64,000 bases of DNA from Candidatus Methanomethylicia archaeon (lineage in GTDB: Archaea > Thermoproteota > Methanomethylicia > CALHIW01): assembly GCA_038845975.1 (NCBI GenBank), contig JAWBQF010000002.1:93652-157651 (forward strand). Direction: 5' to 3'. Positions 21,040 to 32,017 of the stretch are shown here, in pieces (position 1 is the stretch's first letter; the number at the start of each line of letters is the position of its first letter). The translations under genes were made by a program, and so were the position numbers. A model generated the notes under the pieces. That model had not been told where the DNA came from, did not search any database, and was given only the letters and a program-made list of their open reading frames with translations.

Positions 21040-21585
21040 TTAGTTAGATATATTACTTAGCTTACTTCTGAATATTGGTAGTGTAACTCCACTCTGATAC
21101 TGATACTTACCTAGATATGGCTTACTTGTAGGATTCGTTAGTTTTGCGAAGATTAAATGTAAAATTCTATCACCGACATACAGTTTAATAGGGAATGCAG
21201 TACCAGTAATTCCTACGGTTAATTGTCCTTCAAAATTTGCATCAACAACTGTTGGCGGGATCATTAAGCCTAGCCTAGCATAGGTGCTTCTTAACTCTAT
21301 AAAAGCCATAACATCAACTGGAAGCTTAATTTTTTCAAGAGTTGTTATTAGTATATGTTCGTGAGGATTTATTGTAAAGCTTTCACCCTTCTCAACTTGA
21401 TAGTAGCTTTCTAAATCTACATTAATCTTATAGTCTAAAATCATATTGGAACTCTTTATCCTCGCAATCTCGCCTCCAAGCCTTAGATCAATACCATTCT
21501 CTCTTAAGCAATCCTCAGTAAATGGAGTTATAACTATACGTTTATTTTCAATATAGCTTTTTAAGTCGGAATCGCTTAAAATCAT
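21040..21585 (-). CDS. dcd: dCTP deaminase
   Basis: MILSD, ENGIDLRLG, ELRSTYARLG, VDANFEGQLT, YQYQ.G. Confidence 0.93.
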   Translation of the reverse strand: MILSDSDLKSYIENKRIVITPFTEDCLRENGIDLRLGGEIARIKSSNMILDYKINVDLESYYQVEKGESFTINPHEHILITTLEKIKLPVDVMAFIELRSTYARLGLMIPPTVVDANFEGQLTVGITGTAFPIKLYVGDRILHLIFAKLTNPTSKPYLGKYQYQSGVTLPIFRSKLSNISN

Positions 21586-21673
21586 ATAAACACCAAAATA
21601 AAATCTACTATAAATATTTTATCTACCAGTAAATTTATAAAGAATGATGATTAGGTAATTAATTGGTGTTAGA

Positions 21674-22837
21674 ATGGATTTTGAAATTTCAAAGGAACAT
21701 AAATTAACCATTGAAGTTGTTAGGTCCTTCGCTGAAAAAGAGTTTAAGCCTGAAATTGCTAGGAAATATGATAGAGAAGAAAGGTTTCCATGGGAGATCC
21801 ATAGGAAAGCTGCACAACAAGGATTTGTAAGACCTCACTGGAGGGAGGAGTATGGTGGTCAGGGAGCAGACTTCATAACTACAGTACTTGTTGTTGAAGA
21901 GCTTTGTAGAGCAGATTCAACGCTTGGCCAAGCAATACATACAGCTCAATTTGGAAGTGAACTTATTAACATGTATGGAAATGAAGAACAGAAAAGAAAG
22001 TATCTACCTAAAATAGCATCTGGAGAATGGACTTCAAGCGGTGCAGCAACAGAGCCTGCACGTGGAAGCGATATTACGATGCTGGATACTACTGCTCAGC
22101 GAAATGGTAACTACTATATAATTAATGGACGTAAAACATTCATAAGCAATGCACCTATATCTCAGTTTGCAGTTGTCCTATGTCAAACAAATCCCCAGCT
22201 TAAACATAGAGGACAAAGCCTAATTATTGTTGAGAGGGGAACACCAGGATATGAAACAACAACACTTCACGGTAAACTAGGTATAAGAGCATCTGAAACT
22301 GGTGAATTAATCTTCAATAATGTGAAAGTTCCAGTAGAAAACCTTGTAGGACAGGAGAATCAAGGCTTCTACTACTTTCTAAACTTTCTAAACCTTGGAC
22401 GTGTAGAAGTATCTGCTGAAGCATTAGGTATGGCTCAAGGCGCTCTAGAAAGAGCTTTAAGCTATGCTAAGGAGAGAGTATGCTTTGGGCAGAAAATCAT
22501 AAACTTCCAAGTATGGCAGCATAGACTTGTAGATGCTGCAACACAGCTTGAAGCAGCTAGACTACTCGTATATAGAGCAGCATACTACGTAGATAAGTAT
22601 AGGAATCAGCCTCGAATACCGCCAGAAGTTACTTCCATGGTCTCTATGGCGAAAATATTTACAACAAGAACAGCCATACATGTTATTGATGAAGCTTTAC
22701 AAGTATTTGGAGGCTACGGATACTTTGAAGAATTCGATATTGAAAGACGTTATAGAGACATAAGAATAACAGACATATATGAGGGAACAACAGAAATAAA
22801 TAGAAATATAGTTGCATCCTATCTAATAGGAAAATAA
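21674..22837 (+). CDS. Acyl-CoA dehydrogenase
   Basis: TEPARGSD, NGRKTFISNA, KLGIRASET, QVFGGYGY, IYEGTTEI. Confidence 0.95.
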   Translation: MDFEISKEHKLTIEVVRSFAEKEFKPEIARKYDREERFPWEIHRKAAQQGFVRPHWREEYGGQGADFITTVLVVEELCRADSTLGQAIHTAQFGSELINMYGNEEQKRKYLPKIASGEWTSSGAATEPARGSDITMLDTTAQRNGNYYIINGRKTFISNAPISQFAVVLCQTNPQLKHRGQSLIIVERGTPGYETTTLHGKLGIRASETGELIFNNVKVPVENLVGQENQGFYYFLNFLNLGRVEVSAEALGMAQGALERALSYAKERVCFGQKIINFQVWQHRLVDAATQLEAARLLVYRAAYYVDKYRNQPRIPPEVTSMVSMAKIFTTRTAIHVIDEALQVFGGYGYFEEFDIERRYRDIRITDIYEGTTEINRNIVASYLIGK

Positions 22838-23083
22838 ACTTTAAAATAAACTTATTTCTTTCATGTCAATTTAAGCCTCACTACTATTATAAGTCTTAAG
22901 CGCTTATCCTAACATAGTTTTCAAACACAGTAATTAGATTTAATAAGTTACTCTCTATAACCATCCCTCAATAAGTAAGCTATAACATGAAACTAATTAA
23001 ACACTACTAATAAATCACTTAAACACAACTATAATGCATCTATAGCTTAGTTAAGTTTCATTTAGTTAAGTATGCTTAAACAT

Positions 23084-23329
23084 TTAACCATTTATTTTAG
23101 TTAGATAGCTTAATACAAATCTATTATATGTTCTCGTTTTCCTATCAATTATCTCTTTAATATCTTCAATATATTTCCTCTGCAGTACTTCATACTTCAT
23201 CACGTCAATCACTCCGCTTTTAAGTTCCTCCTCAGCTTTAATTAAGGCTCCTAATGGTTCTCTTAGCTCCCGCCACTCATCAGGAATAATAAAAAGATTA
23301 ATATCGATATCTTTAATCCTTAATTCCAC
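23084..23329 (-). CDS. Small hypothetical protein
   Basis: 81-aa ORF with SD-like ggtgggtg upstream and protein-like composition; no family recognised. Confidence 0.55.
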   Translation of the reverse strand: MELRIKDIDINLFIIPDEWRELREPLGALIKAEEELKSGVIDVMKYEVLQRKYIEDIKEIIDRKTRTYNRFVLSYLTKING

Positions 23330-23478
23330 AGCACACCCACCAGTAATTCTACTAGAAAATTTAAATAAAGATATCTTTAGTAGGTTAATAAATAATACTA
23401 TTGTATTACGTTAAGTTATTAAACTAATATAGTGTATTTAAGCGAAAAATTTAAGCTTAGAGAATACATAGAACTAAC

Positions 23479-23830
23479 TATGGAGAGGAAGAGGAGAAAA
23501 ACAATATTTGACGAGTTCTTCGGAGAATCTATATTTAAGGATTTAGAAAACATATTTGAAGAGGGATTTCCAGTTAGGGGAGGATACTCAATATCGATTC
23601 AGCAAGTAGGTGGTAAAACGATTGTAAATGCTAAGGTTAGTGAAGAAGTTGATGTAGAACAGCTTGAAAAAGAACTTAGAAGAAAATATCCTAATGCCCA
23701 AATAAATATTGAAGGAGGAAAACCGAGAATAAGAGAAGTAACTGAGGAAAAGGAGGAGAAAGGCAGGGATACGAAAACACTTATGCAAAGAGAAGCTAGA
23801 AAGCCAAGAATAATAGTAGAGGATGAATAA
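23479..23830 (+). CDS. Hypothetical protein resembling the archaeal Hsp20 N-terminal arm, without an alpha-crystallin domain
   Basis: MERKRRKTIFDEFFG..IF..LE..F...GGYSISI...GGKPRIRE; likely start is ATG 23479. Confidence 0.65.
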
Positions 23831-23850
23831 CTAACAAAAGCTTAGCTATT

Positions 23851-24492
23851 ATGGTTAAGATTGTTTCATTTGATCTTGACGGTACACTTATTAAGAAGAG
23901 TTTTGCAGACTATTTCTGGCTTGAACTAATTCCAAAACACTACTCTAAAAAATATGGATTAACAATTGATGAAGCTAAAAGAATAGTTATTAGAGAGTAT
24001 GAAGCTGTAGGAATGGATGATATTAGATGGTATATACCTGAATATTGGATAAATCTTTTTAGACTTAACTTCAACGTGGAGAAGGAGCTTAATAGTATTA
24101 AGCATCTTGCTGAACCTTATCCTGACGCTATTGAAATACTTGAAAGCCTATATGGTAGATATGATCTAGTAATTGCAACAAATGCACATAGGAAATTCAT
24201 TGAGGTTGAAATCAGAGTAATTGGCGAGAAATATTTTAAACATGTATTTTCATGCGTTTCAAACTATAACCTACCTAGAAAAACAGAGGAATTCTACATT
24301 AATATAGCTAGAGAACTAAACGTGGAGCTAAACGATATAGTTCATGTTGGAGATGATGAAAAATACGATTTTATAATTCCGAGAAGAATTGGAGTTAAAG
24401 CATATTATCTAAATAGAAACTGTAAGGAAAGCTCTCAATACATAATTAAAAGCCTACTAGAGCTGAAAAACATATTGATAGATAATCTATAA
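23851..24492 (+). CDS. HAD-superfamily hydrolase
   Basis: FDLDGTL, ATNA, K and HVGDD...D motifs. Confidence 0.92.
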   Translation: MVKIVSFDLDGTLIKKSFADYFWLELIPKHYSKKYGLTIDEAKRIVIREYEAVGMDDIRWYIPEYWINLFRLNFNVEKELNSIKHLAEPYPDAIEILESLYGRYDLVIATNAHRKFIEVEIRVIGEKYFKHVFSCVSNYNLPRKTEEFYINIARELNVELNDIVHVGDDEKYDFIIPRRIGVKAYYLNRNCKESSQYIIKSLLELKNILIDNL

Positions 24493-25281
24493 CTTAGCTA
24501 ATCTACTTAAAACCATTTCTAACATTACATCTTTCCAAAGCCTACTAGCATCTTCAAAATACGCCCATCTTCCTCTTATTCTTTCTATGACCTCTATATT
24601 TACATTATATATTCCAATAGCTTCATCCTCGTTAAGCTCATATACGATTTCACCTTCAGGCGATGCTATATAGCTATGCCCATTTACCAATCTACCATCA
24701 GGATATGTGGTTCCAGTATTATTTACAAATACATAAAAGACAGTATTTTCAGCAGCTCTAGTACATCCTAAACTACGCCATAAACTTATCCTATTATATG
24801 GTATATTTGATGGATTAAATATTATTGATGCTCCTTTAATAGCTAGAATTCTTGATAGTTCAGGATACATAGCATCAACGCATATTAAAACTCCAAAACA
24901 TATATTACCGGCTGTAAATACTTGAATATCCGTATATGAAGTAACATAATCACGTTCCCCTACAGCTCTTGATGGAAAATGCTTACCAGCATATCCTATA
25001 ATCTTACCGTTTAAAGCTACATGACATAAATCATAAATTCTACCATTACAATCTATGAAGAGCCCACCAGTAATAATTACTTTACCAGTACTCTCCTCCA
25101 AAATTCTTGGTAGTATTTTTTCCTCTAATACCTTAACAGATATCGTATTTCTTGAAACCCAGGCTTCAGGGAAACATACAATATCGACGTTATCTATGGA
25201 GTGTAGTATTTCATAGGCATGTTCCAAATTAGCTTCTAAATCCCTACTTCTTCTAAACTGTATAATTCCAATTTTAACCAT
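24487..25281 (-). CDS. Carbon-nitrogen hydrolase (nitrilase/amidase family)
   Basis: E-K-C triad: FPEA, GKH, LICVD; GHSYIASPEG. Confidence 0.9.
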   Translation of the reverse strand: MVKIGIIQFRRSRDLEANLEHAYEILHSIDNVDIVCFPEAWVSRNTISVKVLEEKILPRILEESTGKVIITGGLFIDCNGRIYDLCHVALNGKIIGYAGKHFPSRAVGERDYVTSYTDIQVFTAGNICFGVLICVDAMYPELSRILAIKGASIIFNPSNIPYNRISLWRSLGCTRAAENTVFYVFVNNTGTTYPDGRLVNGHSYIASPEGEIVYELNEDEAIGIYNVNIEVIERIRGRWAYFEDASRLWKDVMLEMVLSRLAKL

Positions 25282-25288
25282 ATAGACA

Positions 25289-26260
25289 CTATCTTAAATG
25301 CTCAAATCCTCTTCTCTCAATTTCAAACTTTACAGCTCCATCATCATAATATATTCTCCCACCATCTATTACCCTTCCTATTTCTATTAAGACACCGTTT
25401 AAAGCCTTAACAGCTTCAACCCACTTCTCAGGCTTCACTGTTACTACAAGTTCATACTCTTCTCCACCGTAGAGTGCAAGATCTATAGGATTCAATCTAT
25501 TAGCTTCTGCAAACAGTTTAACTTCTTCTGCTATAGGTATATTATGTATATGGAATCCAATATTTCCAGCCTTTGAAAGCTCATGTAGACTCCAAGCTAA
25601 ACCATCACTACTATCAATACTTGAAGTTAATGCGTCAATACTTGATAGCTTTAACCCCTCATTAAGTCTAGCCTTAGGCTCATATATAGATCTTAACAGT
25701 TTCCCGGCAATATTCATTGGGGCAAAATATCCTTCAAGAGCTATCTTTAACCCTGCAGCTGATCTACCAAACTCTCCAGTGACAGCTACAATATCTCCTG
25801 GCTTCGCCCCTCTCCTACCTACTATTCTATTTTTGAATCCGATACCAAATAGAAAGCCGGCTAGAATAAGATTTAGAGATTCATTAGTATCACCACCTAA
25901 ATAGTTTATAGAATAGTATTTACATGCATCTCTAATACCTTCAATAAGCTCTCTAAGAGGCTTAACTTCAAATCCTCTTGGAATCCCCATGGAAAGCAGA
26001 AATACCTGAGGCTTAACTCCTTTAGCTGCAAAATCACTTACATTCATTGTTACTACCTTCCATCCTGCCTGATAATAACTCATACCGGGGGGAATATCAG
26101 TATAGTCTACAAGCATATCAGTTTTAACTACTGCAAGTATATCTCCTCCTAAATCATAGGCAACAACATCATCGCCAAATCCTAAAAAATCCCCTTTAAA
26201 ATCTTCTACAATTCTTGAAATAATCTCTATAATCCCTCGTTCTCCAATACTTAAAACCAT
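25289..26260 (-). CDS. thiL: Thiamine-monophosphate kinase
   Basis: IGERGII, GDD, KTD, NVSDFAAKG, GGDT, DSSDGL, GGEEYEL, GFEH. Confidence 0.95.
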   Translation of the reverse strand: MVLSIGERGIIEIISRIVEDFKGDFLGFGDDVVAYDLGGDILAVVKTDMLVDYTDIPPGMSYYQAGWKVVTMNVSDFAAKGVKPQVFLLSMGIPRGFEVKPLRELIEGIRDACKYYSINYLGGDTNESLNLILAGFLFGIGFKNRIVGRRGAKPGDIVAVTGEFGRSAAGLKIALEGYFAPMNIAGKLLRSIYEPKARLNEGLKLSSIDALTSSIDSSDGLAWSLHELSKAGNIGFHIHNIPIAEEVKLFAEANRLNPIDLALYGGEEYELVVTVKPEKWVEAVKALNGVLIEIGRVIDGGRIYYDDGAVKFEIERRGFEHLR

Positions 26261-26367
26261 AAATGAAATTTAGAAAGCAGAATTTAAGCTTAATCTCTTA
26301 AAGATTAAAATATTACTATATCTAAGTGGAAGGATAATACCGTATTAAATCTTTAACAACTCAGTAT

Positions 26368-26424
26368 GGCTTATGAATTTTAGATATAAAATCATGTATA
26401 GCTAATGGTTTAAGTTTGTAAAGC
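26368..26424. mobile_element. ~60-bp MITE (M60)
   Basis: ggcttatgaattttagatata...gctaatggtttaagtttgtaaagc; flanks actcagtat / tctcaatat (7/9). Confidence 0.7.
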
Positions 26425-26471
26425 TCTCAATATTAAGGAAAAGTTTTTAAGAGATGAAGTCAGGTTAATCT

Positions 26472-27032
26472 ATGCATTTTAGAGAAATTACATTAATGCT
26501 TATTGTTAGCACTTTAATTTTCATCATGTTTATTTTCATAGGATATGAAGCTGAATCATTTCTAGATGTTTTTGAATCATTAGGTGAAACCTTCAAATCT
26601 CTAGCGAGACTTAACCCATACCTACTAGCTCTAATAATATTTCTAAACAATGCTATTAAGATGTTTATAACAATAGTTTTAGGAGTTACTATAGGTATAT
26701 TTCCAGTAATATTTATTTCTCTTAATGGATTAATGCTTGGCTATGCTATACGTATAGCACTACCTGAATTAGGAGTATTAGGTGTAGCATCATTAATTCT
26801 ACCCCATGGAGTTTTAGAAATTCCAGCAGCACTACTCTCAACAGCTCTTGGGCTTTTAGTAGGTTTAGAAACAATTAAGAAGATAATACATAAAGAAGCA
26901 TCCATTAAGGAGACTTTAAAGCATAGTCTAAAAATATATGTTAAATATGTAGTACCAATGCTTGCTATTGCAGCAGTAGTAGAGGGATTTATAACGCCAT
27001 ATATTTCAAGACTAGTTATTCCAGGAAGATGA
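26472..27032 (+). CDS. SpoIIM/DUF95-family membrane protein
   Basis: IFLNN, NGLMLG, ILPHGVLEIPA, AAVVEGFITP. Confidence 0.9.
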   Translation: MHFREITLMLIVSTLIFIMFIFIGYEAESFLDVFESLGETFKSLARLNPYLLALIIFLNNAIKMFITIVLGVTIGIFPVIFISLNGLMLGYAIRIALPELGVLGVASLILPHGVLEIPAALLSTALGLLVGLETIKKIIHKEASIKETLKHSLKIYVKYVVPMLAIAAVVEGFITPYISRLVIPGR

Positions 27033-27493
27033 TTTAAACTATTAATAAACTCGATATTCTAACATACAACGTCCTAACGAGAAACTTTTAAACTCTAGAT
27101 ATGGTTTTGAAGGATTTCAAAGATTATTACAATTATAAAGATAGATTGTAAGATATAGTTTAAATATTAAGAGAATATTCCAAAATTTAGTTTAAGCATA
27201 AATAATTCATAGAGTTAAGTGTTGAGAAAATAGTTGTTTAGAAGTTTTCAGGTAAAAATAGGAGAAGTTTCTACAAGCATTATTCATTGAGAATAGAATC
27301 ACTCCATAAATGGAAGCTTAATAATGTCTATGAAGTCGGTAAAGTAAACAAGTAACTAAAATTGTTAGAGGAATGGTGAAAACCTAATTTATGATAAAAC
27401 AATGAAGCTTAAACGAAGCGATTTAATTCCTAGTAATAATTTATCCTCATGGTTAAAATCAGTAATATATAGTAGACATTAATACTCTACAAA

Positions 27494-29398
27494 TTATTGA
27501 TTATTCATTGTATTATTGAGAATTGTTTGTTTATTATTAAGTTGACTACTAGCTAATAGAATGGAAACAATTTTTCTAACTAGTTGGCTAGCTATTGGAC
27601 AGTTCCTTAAGCAATTCCTACAGCTAATACATGATTTTTCATTTACTGAAACATAGCTATTAACCGTTATAGAATTTGTTGGACAACTATATGTACACGA
27701 TCCACATTTAACACAGTGTAAGCTACGATAAATAATTCCTAATACATCAGCAATATTTATAATAGAGCAGTTTCCCTTGATATTTAATGTAGACCCGTTA
27801 AATTTAAATGTATAGTTTAAGCCTTTAAGAGTAATTGTTTCACAATCATACTGGTTGAGAACACCTAGAATTCGATGTTGTTTAAGAACTAGGCTAGGAT
27901 CTATTCTACTACCTAACTTTACATATGCTTCATCTACTCCCAGTTTAAACTCTAGAATTACTGGATTTAACCATTTTAAGAGGGAACTATTCCAGTCTTG
28001 AATTCTTATCTTCACTTTTCTTGCTATTTTTATTTTTGGAGATGTATTACTTAGCCATCTCCATAATCCAAAATCAACCCATTCCTCACTATAGCCTAAT
28101 TTACGAGCCCAGTTAGAAAGTAGGCTTCTCCATTTAGACCATAGTTCAGGATATGTTTCCTCAACATGTTTAAACTCAGATAGTCTACTTGCAGGACATA
28201 GGAAACATCCGATTCTATCAAATCCTTTAAAGTATAGCTTATTCACGTCAAGTCTTTTAAAATGTATATATAGCCAAACTGCTAGTGAACTCCATCTATA
28301 TATTGGACTTGTACATATAAGATTTGGTACCCATTCATTCCTCCATACTGGTGGATTTTTAGATCTTTCTATGGATTCAAATGATCTTTGACCTAGAATG
28401 TTTAAGGCTTCATTAGGCCAATGTTTTAAAGCAGTTCTAGCAGCAGGTATTAGCTTACATATTTTACAGCACCATCTATAATCCCTACCTGGAGGACCGA
28501 AAACACTAAACGACCTCCAGAAAGCATCTCCTGCTGAAGCAACTACAAGATTTAAACCCATTGAATCCGTAACTCTATAAACATTGCTTACCGTTTCCGG
28601 AAGTTCAATACCTGTATCGTTGAAAAGTACTTGAACACCACCAACAGTTGAAACCGTTAGATGTAGGGAAACTAGACTATCCTTACCTCCAGAATATGAT
28701 ACTACAATAGGCTTCTTAAACTTCTCCCATAAAACATATATGTGTTTACATGCTCTAGATTCAAGCCTATAAATATAGCTGGAATTACATTTATAAACAT
28801 CATCTAGAAATGTATTCCTAGATGGAATATTATTCTCTCTTGATCTAAATTTAAAAACATTTAAAACTCTAGCTTTACCATTTTTACCAACATAAGCTAT
28901 AGCTATAGGCTCACCATTAAAAACAATAATAACCTGATCCCCATTAGAAAACTTTGAGGCATCTAGAAATACTCCACGTTTAACCATCCAGTCAACATTT
29001 AAAACCTTACTAAAACCAATTTCTAAAGCTCTTAAAGCACCGGTATATGAAAACCTAAATCTCCACCTTCTCTCAACAGGATTATAAAATATCTTACCTA
29101 GCCTAACACCATTAACAAAAACTTCTTTCATATCGTCAATATACATAAGCTTGTTTAGAAGAATAAAGCTATTATAACCGATAAACTTATCAAACATATT
29201 AAATCCAGACTCTAACTCTAAAGCATTCCTTAAAATCTCCACATCATAGCTGAAAGCAGGCCTAGCATCACCAGGATCAGCTAAATCAATCCTAAACCCA
29301 TGGCCACCACACTTACAGCATAAACTATCCAGAAGAGGGGAATTACATACACTACACCACCAAAGCTTTACAGTTTCACCAGGCCATCTTACAGCCAT
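27494..29398 (-). CDS. PAPS-reductase-family protein with N-terminal Zn ribbon/PUA-like region and C-terminal 4Fe-4S dicluster
   Basis: WCSVCN..CCKCG; SYSGGKDS; RWCCKICK; RIGCFLCP; CxxCxxCxxxCP twice. Confidence 0.88.
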   Translation of the reverse strand: MAVRWPGETVKLWWCSVCNSPLLDSLCCKCGGHGFRIDLADPGDARPAFSYDVEILRNALELESGFNMFDKFIGYNSFILLNKLMYIDDMKEVFVNGVRLGKIFYNPVERRWRFRFSYTGALRALEIGFSKVLNVDWMVKRGVFLDASKFSNGDQVIIVFNGEPIAIAYVGKNGKARVLNVFKFRSRENNIPSRNTFLDDVYKCNSSYIYRLESRACKHIYVLWEKFKKPIVVSYSGGKDSLVSLHLTVSTVGGVQVLFNDTGIELPETVSNVYRVTDSMGLNLVVASAGDAFWRSFSVFGPPGRDYRWCCKICKLIPAARTALKHWPNEALNILGQRSFESIERSKNPPVWRNEWVPNLICTSPIYRWSSLAVWLYIHFKRLDVNKLYFKGFDRIGCFLCPASRLSEFKHVEETYPELWSKWRSLLSNWARKLGYSEEWVDFGLWRWLSNTSPKIKIARKVKIRIQDWNSSLLKWLNPVILEFKLGVDEAYVKLGSRIDPSLVLKQHRILGVLNQYDCETITLKGLNYTFKFNGSTLNIKGNCSIINIADVLGIIYRSLHCVKCGSCTYSCPTNSITVNSYVSVNEKSCISCRNCLRNCPIASQLVRKIVSILLASSQLNNKQTILNNTMNNQ

Positions 29399-29407
29399 AA
29401 AAGCTAC

Positions 29408-29665
29408 CTAAAGCATGGAGATATCTAAAACCTTTAACGCTATTAGTCTCTCTTTTTCTCCATAGTATAATGTAATCAATCCATCCCAAGTTATATCCCA
29501 ATATTTAGGTTTCCCTCTCTTAAATCTTATAAGAAGAGTTCCAGTATACCTATTATACTTAGCTGTAGTAATTCTTCTAGGAAGAACTAAACTGTATTTT
29601 TCTTCAATTCTAGTTAAGACATCGCCTAAATCTATGTATAGTAGATTATACGTACTCCTATTCAT
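29408..29665 (-). CDS. Small protein, DUF2283-like
   Basis: Y....LLIRF.....WD...DG.I.L.Y.E...LIAL.VLD pattern; co-oriented in an operon. Confidence 0.55.
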   Translation of the reverse strand: MNRSTYNLLYIDLGDVLTRIEEKYSLVLPRRITTAKYNRYTGTLLIRFKRGKPKYWDITWDGLITLYYGEKERLIALKVLDISML

Positions 29666-29710
29666 TTAAACCCCTAGTAAATTAATAATAAATTCTTCCA
29701 TTATCTTAAC

Positions 29711-30781
29711 CTATATCCTCCAATACCTTCCAATAATTTGTCTAATATCTTTCATTAATTTATCTATATGTTCTAAAGCTCTCTTTGATGAATTTGTTAA
29801 TCCCTCACCAACCTCATACATTAATCCAGCCATCTCTGCAATAACAGCTACAATCGATATCTTTAAGCCGTATCCATAGCCACCTTCAAGAACAGCAGCA
29901 ACCCTACCACTACATGTTTCTGAAGCAACATTAAGAATCTTATTGAAAGCATATCTATATCCATGAGCTGATAGATTCATATTCGTTATCGGATCACCTG
30001 AATGAGCATCAAAACCAGTAGATACAAGTATAAATTCCGGCTCATACTGTTTAAGTATAGGTACTACAACAGTATCGAAAACCATCATATACACATCATC
30101 ACCAGTACCTGGAGGTAAAGGTATATTGATGTTGTATCCCTCACCATCACCCTCACCAACTTCATCGATATATCCTGTTCCAGGATATAGTGTACGTGGG
30201 TCTTGATGTGTACTAATAAATAAAACCTTAGATGTATTGTAAAATATTTCCTGTGTACCGTTTCCATGATGACAGTCAACGTCAACAATAGCAATTTTAC
30301 TGAAACCTTCTCTAAGAAGTTTTGAAGCAGAAATAGCAACATTATTAAATATACAGAAGCCAGCTGAAGGAGCTGTAAGAGCAGCTCCATTAAAACCTAC
30401 ATGATGACCAGGTGGTCTAACCAATGCGAAAGCATTAGAAAGCCTACCTTCAACTATAAGTCTACAAGCCTCCAACAACCCACCAGCAGCAAACAGAGCA
30501 GCATTCCAGCTATCTTTAGACACTACAGTATCAGAATCTAATGCTCCACCACCACGTTCAGCAATTCTCCTAACGAGATCTATATAATCGCTACTATGAA
30601 CAAGCTTAATCTCATCAATAGATGCTTTCCTAGGCTTAACAATCTCTACGGAGCCTGAAAACAACAATCCAGATTCTCTAAGAGACTCCAAAGCATCTCT
30701 AAGCCTCTTCGGAGATTCAGGATGACCAAAACCAGTATCATGAAGTAAATAAACATCATCATATATTATTCCAGCCTTCAT
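29711..30781 (-). CDS. Histone deacetylase/acetylpolyamine amidohydrolase family (class II)
   Basis: HPESPKRL, RPPGHH, GFCIFNN, DCHHGNGTQ, YPGTG, GFDAH, LEGGY. Confidence 0.95.
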   Translation of the reverse strand: MKAGIIYDDVYLLHDTGFGHPESPKRLRDALESLRESGLLFSGSVEIVKPRKASIDEIKLVHSSDYIDLVRRIAERGGGALDSDTVVSKDSWNAALFAAGGLLEACRLIVEGRLSNAFALVRPPGHHVGFNGAALTAPSAGFCIFNNVAISASKLLREGFSKIAIVDVDCHHGNGTQEIFYNTSKVLFISTHQDPRTLYPGTGYIDEVGEGDGEGYNINIPLPPGTGDDVYMMVFDTVVVPILKQYEPEFILVSTGFDAHSGDPITNMNLSAHGYRYAFNKILNVASETCSGRVAAVLEGGYGYGLKISIVAVIAEMAGLMYEVGEGLTNSSKRALEHIDKLMKDIRQIIGRYWRI

Positions 30782-31102
30782 AAATAGCTATAGAGGAAGA
30801 AATATATATTCTTAACTAGCATCAATCTACAAGATTCTCGCTAGAAACCTACGGAGTAAAGGATGCTTCAAGTAAATATAAACTAAAAATAATATTTCAA
30901 CCTTAAAGGAGACTATATATGAACTAGATGAATCCTCAAAACCCAATAGCTATAGTATTATCTAGTATTTGAAAACTAAGTATTTCTACTATTATTTTCC
31001 CGCATATAATGGTTAAGTATGGGAAATTCAGCATGTTTTACTTATTTCATTCAGTGCAGAGTTCTAGCTTAGTATTGTTATTACTATTGGATATGAAGTT
31101 CT

Positions 31103-32017
31103 CTATGAAGCTAATCTATCAACGGCATCTATAATCCCTATGAAGGACTCATATTTTCCCGGTGGAGTATATAAACAGTGGCATAAACCTTCAAAAACAT
31201 AAATTGGGAAAACATATGTTCTCTGGGGATATCCTCCTCCAACTTTATATCTTATATTTATTTTGTTTATGATTAGATTATCAATGTCTTTATAGTTTAC
31301 GAAGCAAACTAAGGGTCCCTTTGGTGGATGGCCGTACCTTATGTATTTTAGAAGGATTTCGTATGCTTCTTTAGGTTTTATTATTTTAAATTCTTTATCT
31401 GGTTTGAATCTGTATATTAGCCCCTCAATACATAGGACTTCGCCTCTTTCACCGAGGGATATATATACTCCTAGAGTATCAGCTGTATAATTTCCTATTC
31501 TCATTCTGAAGGCTACCGCTGTTGCTGATCCCCCTCTATTTACACTTATAACGGTATCTGGTAGTGTAAGGTTTAACTCCTCTATGATTGACTTAGCTTT
31601 AGCTATTGCTTCCTCCTCAGATAATGGTTGAGGTCTTAGCAATCCCCAATCACCTCTCTTCATATATCTAAACCATCCAAGAGGTACATTAACCTCAAGC
31701 TCACTAGTTTCATCGGCAAAACAATAGACTTCACCGTCTGTTGCGTTATGTATAAGATTTTTAAAGAGTTTACGTGCAAGATCATAGGCAAACATATTTG
31801 CCTCCTCCTGATTTACCGGTATTATCTTATAAACCATGAGGTTCTCAGGCACTTCAGGAAATGATGTATTAACTACAACATTAAATAATAATGAATTACC
31901 ACCACCTAGACCAAATATTCCTTCTTGAAGAGTTTCTGAAGGTAGATATAAAATAACTATGGATGTAAATATAGCTATAATTATAATTGGAAGAATAAGT
32001 TTAGCTTTCATATCCAT
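31103..32017 (-). CDS. Membrane-anchored exported protein, partner of the DUF6345-like gene
   Basis: N-terminal TM; FPEVP...VYK; LSEEEAIAKA (PepSY/YcdB-like); P.Y.F.G...IDAV; overlaps the upstream gene. Confidence 0.7.
   Translation of the reverse strand: MDMKAKLILPIIIIAIFTSIVILYLPSETLQEGIFGLGGGNSLLFNVVVNTSFPEVPENLMVYKIIPVNQEEANMFAYDLARKLFKNLIHNATDGEVYCFADETSELEVNVPLGWFRYMKRGDWGLLRPQPLSEEEAIAKAKSIIEELNLTLPDTVISVNRGGSATAVAFRMRIGNYTADTLGVYISLGERGEVLCIEGLIYRFKPDKEFKIIKPKEAYEILLKYIRYGHPPKGPLVCFVNYKDIDNLIINKINIRYKVGGGYPQRTYVFPIYVFEGLCHCLYTPPGKYESFIGIIDAVDRLAS

Noticed and set aside
27494-29398. Possible DndC/SspD phosphorothioation gene
   Set aside because: No dnd/ssp/pbe neighbours; the domain layout is that of the widespread archaeal PAPS-reductase/Fe-S protein.
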